Assembly (NCBI GenBank): GCA_947630495.1
Contig: CANRHS010000001.1
Location: forward strand, 157 to 64,156
Origin: an uncultured Bacilli bacterium
GTDB taxonomy: Bacteria; Bacillota_I; Bacilli_A; RF39; UBA660
Direction of reading: 5' to 3'
DNA: 64,000 nt
Shown piece after piece: positions 9,322-19,235 of the stretch. How positions within the stretch are numbered: the first letter of the stretch is position 1; each line of letters begins with the position of its first letter. A program made the translations under genes and the position numbers. Below the pieces are notes generated by a model that was not told where the DNA came from, did not search any database, and was given only the letters and a program-made list of their open reading frames with translations.

Positions 9322-10317
9322 ATGTTATCATTATATCTAACAACGATTGGATTATCATTTAGTTTAAGTCTTATATCTGATTTAATTTTTGAGAAAAAAA
9401 TAAAAAAAGATGGATATAAATTTATAGAATTAAATAAATACAAATATATGAAAATTAAAGGAGGAGCATTACCTCTACCAATAGGATTACTTTGTCATGT
9501 ACTTCCACTTTGGAATCTAATGTGGTGTTTTGCTAATATATATTGTACATTTGATAATGATGCTTATAAAGATTGTTTAAATTCATTAATAGAAACAAAC
9601 TTTTTAGAGCCAATTAATCTTTCTAAAAAAGAAACAAAAGTTTTACCTAAAAAAGATAAAAGAATAAATAGAAATTCTAGGGATACCAAAGTTATGATAG
9701 AAATTGGCTATTTATTAGAATTAATTAAACAAGTAGATTTCAATTTATATGAAAATAAATATAAAGAATACCAGGATATGTTATTAGCAGGTACAAATGT
9801 TTTAACATTATCGAAAACTTCAGACTATGTATTTTTAGAAGAGTTTAAAATAGGACTTGAAGAAATTCTTGAAAAAGATAAAGATAAAATTACTTTAGGA
9901 AATTTTAAAAAAAGAAAGTTAGAATATGAAAGACATTTTCAAAAGCAAAATAGTAAAACTAAACTAACTTTTAATGACATAGAAAATATGGCTAAGAAGT
10001 ATTTACAAGAACGAAGAAATTATTCACCAAGTATTTATAATATGATTATAAATTATTTATCTTATTTTTATCTATATGAGTTATATGAGAATAGAGATTC
10101 TTTAAATATAGAGGAATTACGAAATACTGAATTTGAAAGAGTATTCTTATATGGGATTTTAAAAACTATAAAAGAATTACAAAGTAAGGGAATAATTGAA
10201 GATAATTTAGAGATTGATATGATTGAAGTTCCAACTCTAGAGAATGTAATTAAGGCTATTCAAGATATAAAAATAGTAAATATTGATAAACCAAAAACAA
10301 TGACTTTAAAGAATTAG
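9322..10317 (+). CDS. Two-TM membrane protein, paralogue A of a three-member family with a conserved roughly 200-aa C-terminal helical domain
   Basis: Two N-terminal hydrophobic helices. The C-terminal 230 aa is about 90% identical to paralogue B. Confidence 0.5.
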   Translation: MLSLYLTTIGLSFSLSLISDLIFEKKIKKDGYKFIELNKYKYMKIKGGALPLPIGLLCHVLPLWNLMWCFANIYCTFDNDAYKDCLNSLIETNFLEPINLSKKETKVLPKKDKRINRNSRDTKVMIEIGYLLELIKQVDFNLYENKYKEYQDMLLAGTNVLTLSKTSDYVFLEEFKIGLEEILEKDKDKITLGNFKKRKLEYERHFQKQNSKTKLTFNDIENMAKKYLQERRNYSPSIYNMIINYLSYFYLYELYENRDSLNIEELRNTEFERVFLYGILKTIKELQSKGIIEDNLEIDMIEVPTLENVIKAIQDIKIVNIDKPKTMTLKN

Positions 10318-10399
10318 AAATAGACGTAATAAAAACTAATAACTTTAAAAAGACTTTATGAATAAATAAATTTTGTAACCTTTTTTATTATACATTAGT

Positions 10400-10428
10400 T
10401 TGACAACATGACTATTTCTTGCTATAAT
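10400..10428 (+). promoter_or_regulatory. Perfect consensus promoter TTGACA-17-TATAAT for paralogue B, a duplicate of the 9227 promoter
   Basis: About 100 bp nearly identical to 9220-9321, including the ccaaattgg/cctaaattgg element and the RBS. Confidence 0.6.
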
Positions 10429-10491
10429 ATGACCTAAATTGGTTTGAATTACTTATGAATAAAGTAAATTTATTAGGAAGGAAGAATTATT

Positions 10492-11547
10492 ATGTTAAGT
10501 ACGTTTGAGTTAATATGGGTAATGCCACTTATTTTAAGTATAATATCTAATATCTTTTTAAAAAAGAAAATAGAAAGAGATGGCTATTTATTTATAAATG
10601 GATATAAATTTTTATCTAAAGAGAGTTTATTTTATGATATTGTAGTTGCTATAATTCCAATTTTAAATTGGGTTCCATGCATATTTTCATTATTAACTCT
10701 ATTTAGGAATAAAAGTTATAAAGAACACGTAAATACATTAGTAATAGATAAATCTCTACTGATAACTCAAAAAAAAGCAATGGAAATATTATCTAAACAA
10801 GATAAAAACTTAAAGTTAATTAATCCTTCAAAAATAGAAGTAAAAACATCACCTAAAAAAGAAATAAAAGTTTTGCCTAAGAAAGATAAAGGATTAAATA
10901 GAAATTCTAGAGATACTAAAGTTATGATAGAAATTGGTTATTTATTGGAATTAATTAAACAAGTAGATTTTAATTTATATGAAAAGAAATATAAAGAATA
11001 CCAGGATATGCTATTAGCAGGAACAAATGGTTTAACATTATCTAGAACTTCTGACTATGTATTTTTAGAAGAGTTTAAAATAAGTCTTGAAGAAATTCTT
11101 GAAAAAGATAAAGACAAAATTACTTTAGGAAATTTTCATAAAATAAAGTTAGAATATGAAAGACATTTTCAAGAGCAAAATAGTAAAACTAAATTAACTT
11201 TTAATGATATAGAAAATATGGTCAAGAAATATTTACAAGACCGAAAAAATTATTCACCAAATGTTTATAATATGATTATAAATTATTTATCATATTTTTA
11301 TCTATATGAATTATATGAGAATAGAAATTCTTTAAATATAGAGGAATTACGAAATACAGAATTTGAAAGAGTATTTTTATATGGGATTTTAAAAGTTATA
11401 AAAGAATTACAAAGTAAGGGAATAATTGAAGATAATTTAGATATTGATATGATTGAAGTTCCAACTCTAGAGAATGTAATTAAGGCTATTCAAGAAATAA
11501 AAATAGTAAATATTGATAGACCAAAAACTTTGACTTTAAAGAATTAG
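10492..11547 (+). CDS. Two-TM membrane protein, paralogue B
   Basis: Divergent N-terminal 120 aa. C-terminal 230 aa nearly identical to paralogue A. Confidence 0.5.
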   Translation: MLSTFELIWVMPLILSIISNIFLKKKIERDGYLFINGYKFLSKESLFYDIVVAIIPILNWVPCIFSLLTLFRNKSYKEHVNTLVIDKSLLITQKKAMEILSKQDKNLKLINPSKIEVKTSPKKEIKVLPKKDKGLNRNSRDTKVMIEIGYLLELIKQVDFNLYEKKYKEYQDMLLAGTNGLTLSRTSDYVFLEEFKISLEEILEKDKDKITLGNFHKIKLEYERHFQEQNSKTKLTFNDIENMVKKYLQDRKNYSPNVYNMIINYLSYFYLYELYENRNSLNIEELRNTEFERVFLYGILKVIKELQSKGIIEDNLDIDMIEVPTLENVIKAIQEIKIVNIDRPKTLTLKN

Positions 11548-11552
11548 AAATA

Positions 11553-11591
11553 TAAGTAATAATAAAGAATAGAGTTTTAAAGCCCTATTCT
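11553..11591. terminator. Bidirectional terminator between convergent genes
   Basis: aaagaatag-N12-ctattcttt hairpin with A/T runs on both sides. Confidence 0.45.
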
Positions 11592-11945
11592 TTATACTTC
11601 TTCTAAAAAAGGAAATTCTCTTTTATTATCTAAGTAATTAGCAATTTCTAAACTAACATTATAGTAATCAACAAACTTTTCATCATTACTATTTACTTTT
11701 AATACATTAATTAAATCATTATAAACTTTTTTAACAAATTCTTTATTATAACTCATAATTAACATTATATTATATAATCTTGTAAATACTATTTCTAAAG
11801 TAGGACTAGTAGATATTCTTCCTTCAAGCATTGCAATTTCTCTTGCTTCATCTAAACTTATCTCTGGATATTTAGAAACTATCTCTTTAGAAACTAAATC
11901 TACTCTTTTATCTTCTAATAGGTTTCCATTGTATTCATATCTCAT
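11592..11945 (-). CDS. Hypothetical 117-aa protein, co-operonic and immediately downstream of the ClpX-like ATPase
   Basis: Start lies 2 nt after the ClpX-like stop. No motif recognised. Confidence 0.4.
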   Translation of the reverse strand: MRYEYNGNLLEDKRVDLVSKEIVSKYPEISLDEAREIAMLEGRISTSPTLEIVFTRLYNIMLIMSYNKEFVKKVYNDLINVLKVNSNDEKFVDYYNVSLEIANYLDNKREFPFLEEV

Positions 11946-11946
11946 A

Positions 11947-13695
11947 TTATCGCCTTGCCTTTCTACTTGTCATATCTTGAAAGGTTTCTCGAACCATATC
12001 TGCGTCTATTTTAATAACCATATCTTGTCCTCGAAAGATTTCTTTTAAAAGTCTACTTCTTAAACTATTAACAACTGTTTGAAGACTTCTTGCTCCTGTA
12101 TTTAACTTATAAGCTTCCTCTGCCATTTCTAAATAGGCATCTTCTTCTATTTCAAGTTTCTTATTCCTTTTGGAAACAAAATCTATTAAACCTTTAATTG
12201 GACTTATTTCTGATTCTTTTAAAATTCTATATAAACTTTCTTTAGAATATTCTTCTGTATGAAGAAAAGTATTTAATCTACCAACCAATTCTCTTTCAAG
12301 ACCTAGATTTATTAAATCTTCTGATGTAATACTATAACTTTCTATATTGGCATTTTTGGCTTCGGCTCCAAATCCTAAACCAGGCCTAACTTCCGTTTTC
12401 TTTTCTCTTAAACTAGTTAAAGCACCAGCACAGATAAAAGTTAATTTAGAAGTATCAAAACTTATTTTTTGAAATTCATAGTTTTTTCCAAGTGTAATTT
12501 GATATTTACCTCCACCCATGAAATCTAAAAGACGATGTTGAATAGCTTGTTTCATAACTAAATCTCTACCTTGATCACTATTATAAGATATTTTCTCAAA
12601 CTCATCAAAAACAATTATTCCACGTTCTGCTTTCTCTAAATTTCTATTAGATTGTTCATATAATTCTTTTAAAATATCTTCTAAATCACCTCCAACATAA
12701 CCTGTAGCTGAGTAATTAGTAGAAGAAGTTCTAACAAAAGGAGCTCCAAATTTTTCAGTTATTTCTCGGGAAATCGCTGTTTTACCAGTTCCCGTTGGAC
12801 CATCTAAGAAAATAATCGATCTTTCTCCATCTTGAACTTTTCCTTCTCTTGCTAGCATTTGATTAGTTAACAGATTATAAAATAATTTTTCACAAACATC
12901 TTCTTGTCCAATAAACTTTGCCTTTATTTCATCAAGTAATTGCCAAAGTTGTTCTTCTTCAATTTTAACTTCTTGCGCTTGTTGTTTTGGTAATTCTCCA
13001 TAACGACGTTCCAACCAATCTTTATTTTCTTTATCTAATTCACTAATAGATTGGTCAATACTTTCTTTTTCTAGTCCTTTAATAAATTTATCAATATCAA
13101 TATTTTTTTTATTATCTATATCTATATATGGAAATCTTTCTAATTTTCTTTTATCTACTAACTTATTAATATCTTCATAACTTGGATGAGAGGTAAATTC
13201 TTTAATTCCAAGTTTGTCAAATGAAAAAATACTAAAAAACTTACTAAGATAAAGATATTGAAAAATCACTTCAGGACACATTTCAGGTTTAAAATTCGCA
13301 GTCTCCCAAAGTATTCCTGTCCTTAGAAGTATAGGTATAAAATGAATTCTATATATAGTTCTGTAATATTCATCTTTATCATTAGCCTCTCTGATACTAA
13401 ATTTTTCTACATCTTCCTTTTCTAAATGAAAAAATCTATATATTTTTTGTAGTTCTGGATATTTATCAAGTACATTTTTTATATTTCCTTCTAATTCTAA
13501 GCCTGCCAAAAATAAAGATAATTCCACTTTTTCATCATTATTAAGTGAATAATCAACAAATTCAAACTTTAAAACACCCCTATCTCTAGGTAATGCATAT
13601 TTAATATCTTTATCAACTAGATTATCAAAAATATCAATAGCCTTATTTATAAGTTTTCTAGTTTCTTCAGTTAACATACTATATTCTGTTTCCAT
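11947..13695 (-). CDS. ClpX-family AAA+ unfoldase paralogue; a novel roughly 250-aa N-terminal domain replaces the zinc-binding domain
   Basis: FLDGPTGTGKT (Walker A), GYVGGD (pore-1 GYVG loop), IVFDEFEKIS (Walker B), PGLGFGAE (IGF/LGF ClpP-docking loop), TGARSLQ (sensor-2). Probable ATG start at 13695 with RBS ggaaggaaagtgag. Confidence 0.7.
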   Translation of the reverse strand: METEYSMLTEETRKLINKAIDIFDNLVDKDIKYALPRDRGVLKFEFVDYSLNNDEKVELSLFLAGLELEGNIKNVLDKYPELQKIYRFFHLEKEDVEKFSIREANDKDEYYRTIYRIHFIPILLRTGILWETANFKPEMCPEVIFQYLYLSKFFSIFSFDKLGIKEFTSHPSYEDINKLVDKRKLERFPYIDIDNKKNIDIDKFIKGLEKESIDQSISELDKENKDWLERRYGELPKQQAQEVKIEEEQLWQLLDEIKAKFIGQEDVCEKLFYNLLTNQMLAREGKVQDGERSIIFLDGPTGTGKTAISREITEKFGAPFVRTSSTNYSATGYVGGDLEDILKELYEQSNRNLEKAERGIIVFDEFEKISYNSDQGRDLVMKQAIQHRLLDFMGGGKYQITLGKNYEFQKISFDTSKLTFICAGALTSLREKKTEVRPGLGFGAEAKNANIESYSITSEDLINLGLERELVGRLNTFLHTEEYSKESLYRILKESEISPIKGLIDFVSKRNKKLEIEEDAYLEMAEEAYKLNTGARSLQTVVNSLRSRLLKEIFRGQDMVIKIDADMVRETFQDMTSRKARR

Positions 13696-13850
13696 AAATC
13701 TCACTTTCCTTCCACTTTGTTCAAGACATATATAGTCAAATCTACTATTATATTACAAAAAAATTATAGCAAAAAATAAGTATATTTACAATAATTTTAA
13801 GGAAAATAATCACAACTTTTTTATTTTAACATGCAAAGTATGGGTTAACC

Positions 13851-13879
13851 TTGACAATGCAATAAATTTATACTATAAT
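13851..13879 (+). promoter_or_regulatory. Perfect consensus promoter TTGACA-17-TATAAT for paralogue C
   Basis: ttgaca at 13851-13856, tataat at 13874-13879, 17-nt spacer. Confidence 0.55.
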
Positions 13880-13924
13880 AGGCAACTAGAAAAAGGGATT
13901 ATGTTTATTAAAGGGGGAGTTTAA

Positions 13925-15595
13925 ATGATTTCTACTTCATTATTAACTATTGTTTTTAGTTTTGTTTTAGCTATCCATGGTTCTTATTACTTTACAAGTT
14001 TATATTGTAAATCATATAAGAAATTTCTTAGGAAAAAACTTCGTAAATTAAATTATAAAATTGAATTTGGTATAGATAACATTCCTAATCTTGATGAAGA
14101 AGCAATTACCATGATTCCTTTGGTTAATGCTATTTATGTTTTAATAAAATATAGTCCTTTAAATACGAAAAGAATAATTAAAGAACTTAAGAAAAAAGAT
14201 ATGCTTATTCCAATTCATAAAAAGAAAATTTCAAAAGATAAACAAGAACTAAAAGAAGTAACTAAAAAAGAGCAAATAGATAATAGTAATTTATTAAGAG
14301 AAAAAGTTAAAGAACAAGTAAAATTAACTAAAGAATTAAATAATAGTGATGTTGCTTTAGTATTAAAAATACAAACCTTATTAGTAAAACTTAAAACATT
14401 AAATCCTAAAAGTTATGATTTATTAAGTAAAGAATATGAACAATTAGCAAGAGAAGATAAACTTAATAGTTTTATGTTAAAAGATTTTTTAGCAAGAATT
14501 TTAGTATCATTAGAATACGATATAAGAGATGGAAGTGCCCTTATTAATTATTTAGATTTTTTAATAACAATAACTGAAAAAAGAATTCTAATGAATAGTC
14601 AACAAGATGAAAAGTTCTCTTTTCAAGAACTTGAACAATTAACTAAAGAAATTATAAATAATAGTAATATATATAGTAATGAAGATAAAATAGTTATTTA
14701 TAAAAAGATTTCTCTTTTATATTTATACTTAATATATGAAAGTAAATATATAAATATAGATGAAGTTAGAGATAGTTGTTTTAACTATGAGGCCTTATTA
14801 TATGCTACTATTTTAAATATAGTTGAGTTAAATGAAAGAAATGTAATCGAAAGTAATTTAGCATTTGATATAAATGAAAATTATAGTTTAGAAAGTATAG
14901 TAAAATTAATAAAAGAAATAAAATTCATAAAAAAAGAAACTGAAGAAGTTACTCTAAAAGAACAAATAAAAATAGATAGCAGTGATACAACTTTAGTATT
15001 AAAAATACAAACCTTATTAGTAAAACTTAAAACATTAAATTCTAAAAGTTATGAAACATTAAATAAGGAATATGAAGTCTTAGCAAAAGAAGGCAAACTT
15101 AATAATCTTATGTTAAAAGACTTTTTAGCAAGAATCTTATCAGTTATAGAATATGAAGAAAATAATATAAGTTCTATCATTGATTATTTAGATGTTTGGA
15201 TAGATACTTATGAACAAAAATTTCGAATGGATATGCAAGTAACAAAAAGTCTTACTTTTAAAGAACTTGAACATTTAACTAAAGAGATTATAAATAATAA
15301 AACCTATAGTAATGAAGATAAAGTAGTTATTTATAAAAAGATTTCTCTTTTATACTTATATTTAATATATGAAAATAAATATATAAATATTGCTGTTCTT
15401 AGAGATAGTTGTTTTAACTATGATGCTTTATTATATGCTGCTATTTTAAATATAGTTGAGTTAAAGAAAAGAAATGTAATTGAAGATAATTTAGCATTTG
15501 ATATAAATGAAAAATATGATTTAGAAAGTGTAGTAAGATTAATTACTGAAATAAAGTTTATAAGGAATAAACAATTTGTAAAAAATAATAGTTGA
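13925..15595 (+). CDS. Two-TM membrane protein, paralogue C, carrying two tandem copies of the family's roughly 200-aa domain
   Basis: Internal duplication: aa ~120-335 and ~335-550 both contain TLVLKIQTLLVKLKTLN...KDFLARIL...YKKISLLYLYLIYE...NVIE.NLAFDINE. Several 60-80-bp DNA stretches are near-identical, e.g. 14350-14410 vs 14990-15050. Confidence 0.5.
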   Translation: MISTSLLTIVFSFVLAIHGSYYFTSLYCKSYKKFLRKKLRKLNYKIEFGIDNIPNLDEEAITMIPLVNAIYVLIKYSPLNTKRIIKELKKKDMLIPIHKKKISKDKQELKEVTKKEQIDNSNLLREKVKEQVKLTKELNNSDVALVLKIQTLLVKLKTLNPKSYDLLSKEYEQLAREDKLNSFMLKDFLARILVSLEYDIRDGSALINYLDFLITITEKRILMNSQQDEKFSFQELEQLTKEIINNSNIYSNEDKIVIYKKISLLYLYLIYESKYINIDEVRDSCFNYEALLYATILNIVELNERNVIESNLAFDINENYSLESIVKLIKEIKFIKKETEEVTLKEQIKIDSSDTTLVLKIQTLLVKLKTLNSKSYETLNKEYEVLAKEGKLNNLMLKDFLARILSVIEYEENNISSIIDYLDVWIDTYEQKFRMDMQVTKSLTFKELEHLTKEIINNKTYSNEDKVVIYKKISLLYLYLIYENKYINIAVLRDSCFNYDALLYAAILNIVELKKRNVIEDNLAFDINEKYDLESVVRLITEIKFIRNKQFVKNNS

Positions 15596-15790
15596 CCCCA
15601 GGAGCAAGGGAATTCTAAATATAATAACTATATCTACTCTCTTTGAGAACCCAGCTTTGATCCTTCACAAGTCAACTAAGTAATATTATTATATAACAAA
15701 AATATACATTTGTCAAAATTAGAAATTTATAGAAAATTTGTAAAAGTAATAAAAATATAGTATAATATTAGTAAAGAAAGGAGAAACAGA

Positions 15791-16261
15791 ATGATAGATG
15801 ATATTAATAAGAGCATTTATGAATATGCAAGAGACATTGACAAGCAAACCAGACTTTTATCATTTTTAGATGTTTATAGAATTTTATTAAAAGATTTAAA
15901 TTGTATTGTTTGTATGGAAAGTGCTGCTGATTTACTAGGTTATTCAAATGGTGGTTTTAGACACCAGATTTATGTTTACTCATTAGTTGACTTTAATAAG
16001 CCTTACATAAAATGTTTTATAGTAAAAGATTTAAATAATATTCCATTTATAGATAGAAAAGGAATTAAAGTTTCTCCTATTGAAATTGCAATTAAAGATA
16101 TGTTAGAAAAAAAGGAAACTGACCCTCAAATTTTATATGAAACATTTGCTAATTACTACTTTGATAATAACAAATCATATAAAGGATTAGAATTACCAAA
16201 AAGATTATCTTTAAAAGCAAAACATTTCAAAGAGGAAGGAGCTTTATATTATGAGCAATGA
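15791..16261 (+). CDS. Hypothetical protein
   Basis: 156-aa ORF with an RBS aaggag; no motifs recognised. Confidence 0.35.
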   Translation: MIDDINKSIYEYARDIDKQTRLLSFLDVYRILLKDLNCIVCMESAADLLGYSNGGFRHQIYVYSLVDFNKPYIKCFIVKDLNNIPFIDRKGIKVSPIEIAIKDMLEKKETDPQILYETFANYYFDNNKSYKGLELPKRLSLKAKHFKEEGALYYEQ

Positions 16262-16389
16262 TAACAAAGAAATAGAAATGGAAATAAAAGAATAGCTAAA
16301 AAAAGTTATTAAAATGTGTATTAAAAATTATACTAATGAACTTAAATAATAGTTCATTTTTTCATTTAAACACATATTTTTAATATTTT

Positions 16390-18411
16390 TTGAGGATAAT
16401 AGAAATAGGTGAGATTATGAGATTTTTAAAATTCATGACTAAATCAATGATTATCCTTGTTTTTCTTGCATTCTTTTCGATTGCTGGTATTTATTTATAT
16501 GCTAAAATGTTACCTAAACTTAGTATAAGTGGAAATGGTAGTTATACTTTATATGATAATACAGAAGCAGTATTTTTTCAGGGAAATGGGACTAGTAAAT
16601 GGGTAAGTGTTGATGAAATAAGTGATTATGTTAAAAAAGCAACTATTACAATTGAAGATAGAAACTTTTATAAACATCATGGATTTGATGTTTTAAGAAT
16701 TATGAAAGCTATGTATACTAATTTAACTAGTAGAAGTTATAAGGAAGGGGCATCAACGATTACTCAACAGTTTGCTAAGAATTTATATTTAGATTTTGAT
16801 AAAACTTGGGAAAGAAAAATTCATGAACTTTGGTATACTATTCAAATAGAAACACATTATTCAAAAGATGATATCTTAGAAGGATATTTAAATTGTATTA
16901 ACTATGGTCATGCAATGTACGGGATTGAAAATGCGAGTGAATTTTATTTTGATAAAAAAGCAAATGAATTAACGTTGGCTGAGGCTGCAATGTTAGTTGG
17001 AATTCCGAAGTCTCCTTCTAATTATTCTCCTTTAGTTAATCCAGAAATTGCTAAGAAAAGACAAGCTTATATTTTAAAGACAATGTATGATGAAGGAGTT
17101 ATTACTAAGGAAGAATATAATGATGCTTTAAATGAAGAATTAAAATTTCATGGTAAGAAAGATGGACTTGACTTAGATACTTTGATGTATTATCAAGATG
17201 CGGTCATGGATGAATTAAAAAGTTTGGGAAATGTTATCGAGACTAATTTACAAAATGGAGGAATTAGGGTTTATACGAACTTAGATGTTAAGGCTCAGAC
17301 AAGTTTAGAAAATAGTATTAAAAGTACTATCACGGATAACCTAGAAATTCAGGCAAGCGGGATTATGATTAATCCCGAAGACGGGAGTGTAATAGGTTTA
17401 GTTGGAGGACGTGACTTCAATAAATCACAGTTCAATAGAGCTTTAAACTCAAGACGTCAAGTAGGTTCAATCATGAAACCATTTTTATATTATAACGCTC
17501 TCGAGAATGGATTTACGGCTAGTACATCATTTTTATCTCAAGAAACCACGTTTACTCTAAGTACTAACAATGTTTATACACCTAAAAACTACAATAATTT
17601 ATATGCCAATAAGGCTATAAGTATGGCATCAGCCATCTCTTTTTCCGACAATATTTATGCAATCAAAACACATTTATTCTTAGGAAGCGAAAACTTAATT
17701 GACACGGCTAAAAGGGTAGGGATTAAAACTAAATTAGAACCAATTGCCTCTCTTCCACTTGGAACTGTTGAGTTAAATCATTTGGAAATTACTAATGCCT
17801 ACGCAACTTTAGCAAGTGAAGGAATTAAACATGAACCTTATTTTATAAAAAAGGTTACCGATATGGCAGGAAATATTTTATATGAACATAAAGATACCAG
17901 CGAAGTTGTTTTAAACAAAAGTATTACCTTTATCTTAAATGATTTATTGAAAGGAACATATGATTATAATATGATTGATTATACTTACCCAACTAATATT
18001 TCAATTGCCTCTCTCTTAAAACATGATTATGCTATTAAATCAGGTTCCACTAATACAGATAACTGGATAATTGGTTTTAATCAAAATGTTGTTACTTCAA
18101 TTTGGATAGGTTATGATGATAATAAAGAAATGACAACTAATGATTTTAGATATTCTAAGAAAATCTGGGCTAATGCGATGGAAGAATATCTTGTTGATAA
18201 GGAAGTATCTTGGTATGAAATTCCAAGTAATGTCGTTGGAGTAATCGTTGACCCAATCACTGGAAATCTTGCTACTAATGAATCTAAAAATAAAAAAATC
18301 CTTTATTATATTAAAGGAACGGAACCAGGACTTACTCAAGAAGTATTTGATGAATATGAAGAAAAAGAAAAACTAGAAACTGATAATAAAGATGATGAAG
18401 CTAAAGAATAA
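16390..18411 (+). CDS. Class A penicillin-binding protein (bifunctional transglycosylase/transpeptidase)
   Basis: N-terminal TM; GT51 motifs EDRNFYKHHGFD and GASTITQQ; transpeptidase SIMKP (SxxK). Confidence 0.8.
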   Translation: MRIIEIGEIMRFLKFMTKSMIILVFLAFFSIAGIYLYAKMLPKLSISGNGSYTLYDNTEAVFFQGNGTSKWVSVDEISDYVKKATITIEDRNFYKHHGFDVLRIMKAMYTNLTSRSYKEGASTITQQFAKNLYLDFDKTWERKIHELWYTIQIETHYSKDDILEGYLNCINYGHAMYGIENASEFYFDKKANELTLAEAAMLVGIPKSPSNYSPLVNPEIAKKRQAYILKTMYDEGVITKEEYNDALNEELKFHGKKDGLDLDTLMYYQDAVMDELKSLGNVIETNLQNGGIRVYTNLDVKAQTSLENSIKSTITDNLEIQASGIMINPEDGSVIGLVGGRDFNKSQFNRALNSRRQVGSIMKPFLYYNALENGFTASTSFLSQETTFTLSTNNVYTPKNYNNLYANKAISMASAISFSDNIYAIKTHLFLGSENLIDTAKRVGIKTKLEPIASLPLGTVELNHLEITNAYATLASEGIKHEPYFIKKVTDMAGNILYEHKDTSEVVLNKSITFILNDLLKGTYDYNMIDYTYPTNISIASLLKHDYAIKSGSTNTDNWIIGFNQNVVTSIWIGYDDNKEMTTNDFRYSKKIWANAMEEYLVDKEVSWYEIPSNVVGVIVDPITGNLATNESKNKKILYYIKGTEPGLTQEVFDEYEEKEKLETDNKDDEAKE

Positions 18412-19108
18412 TCTCAACTTCATCATTATTTTTTAATAAGAAAGCATTTGCATCATCGGTATCTAAATGAAGTTCAAAGTAGGCTTCATCCGAATCTTTT
18501 AAATGAACATGATTAATAATACCACCTTTTTCTCCCGGGATTTTAACACTTACTTCCGTTATTCCAACCAAATTCTTTTCGGCTCTGATTCTGCTATCAA
18601 CATGAATATGCCGTGTTGCTATTATTCCACATTCTTTAGTAACACTTCCGAAGGGACCAATAATTGTTAGAACGGAAGAGCCTTCAACATCTCCTGAATC
18701 TCTAATAGGAGGATTAACTCCTAATTTATAACAATCCGTTTTACTTATCTCAACTTGGGTATAATTTCTAATTGGTCCTAAAACTCTAACATCTTTTATT
18801 TCATCTTTATTTGTTTTGATAGTTACAAATAAATTACTAGCAAACTGAGTAGGTTGATTTAAATTTCTTACAACTTCCATCTTTGTATCTTTAAATAAAG
18901 TATTATAATCTTCTTGATTTAAATGTACATGTCTATTACTAACTCCAACACTTACTTTCATTCTATCCTCCTCTAAAGAAAAATCAAATACAGGCTCCTT
19001 TTCTCTAATTTTTTGATCATATTTCGCGTAGGCAAGGGCTAATTTTTTCATATCTTCACTTATTTCACTTTTTTGAATTGTATCAACTATTAAATCATCA
19101 TCATTCAT
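18401..19108 (-). CDS. PduL/EutD-type phosphate acyltransferase
   Basis: Two PduL repeats: VSNRHVHLNQED and IIATRHIHVDSR. Confidence 0.5.
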   Translation of the reverse strand: MNDDDLIVDTIQKSEISEDMKKLALAYAKYDQKIREKEPVFDFSLEEDRMKVSVGVSNRHVHLNQEDYNTLFKDTKMEVVRNLNQPTQFASNLFVTIKTNKDEIKDVRVLGPIRNYTQVEISKTDCYKLGVNPPIRDSGDVEGSSVLTIIGPFGSVTKECGIIATRHIHVDSRIRAEKNLVGITEVSVKIPGEKGGIINHVHLKDSDEAYFELHLDTDDANAFLLKNNDEVEIIL

Positions 19109-19235
19109 AAGTCCTCCTTCCGCACATAATACTATTATAAAAAAATTAATCTTGACTATCAAGACCTAAATTTTAAATTTTACTTAAACTTTACATATTT
19201 ATCTATTAAAATCATACACTTAAGTGGAGGTTTTT

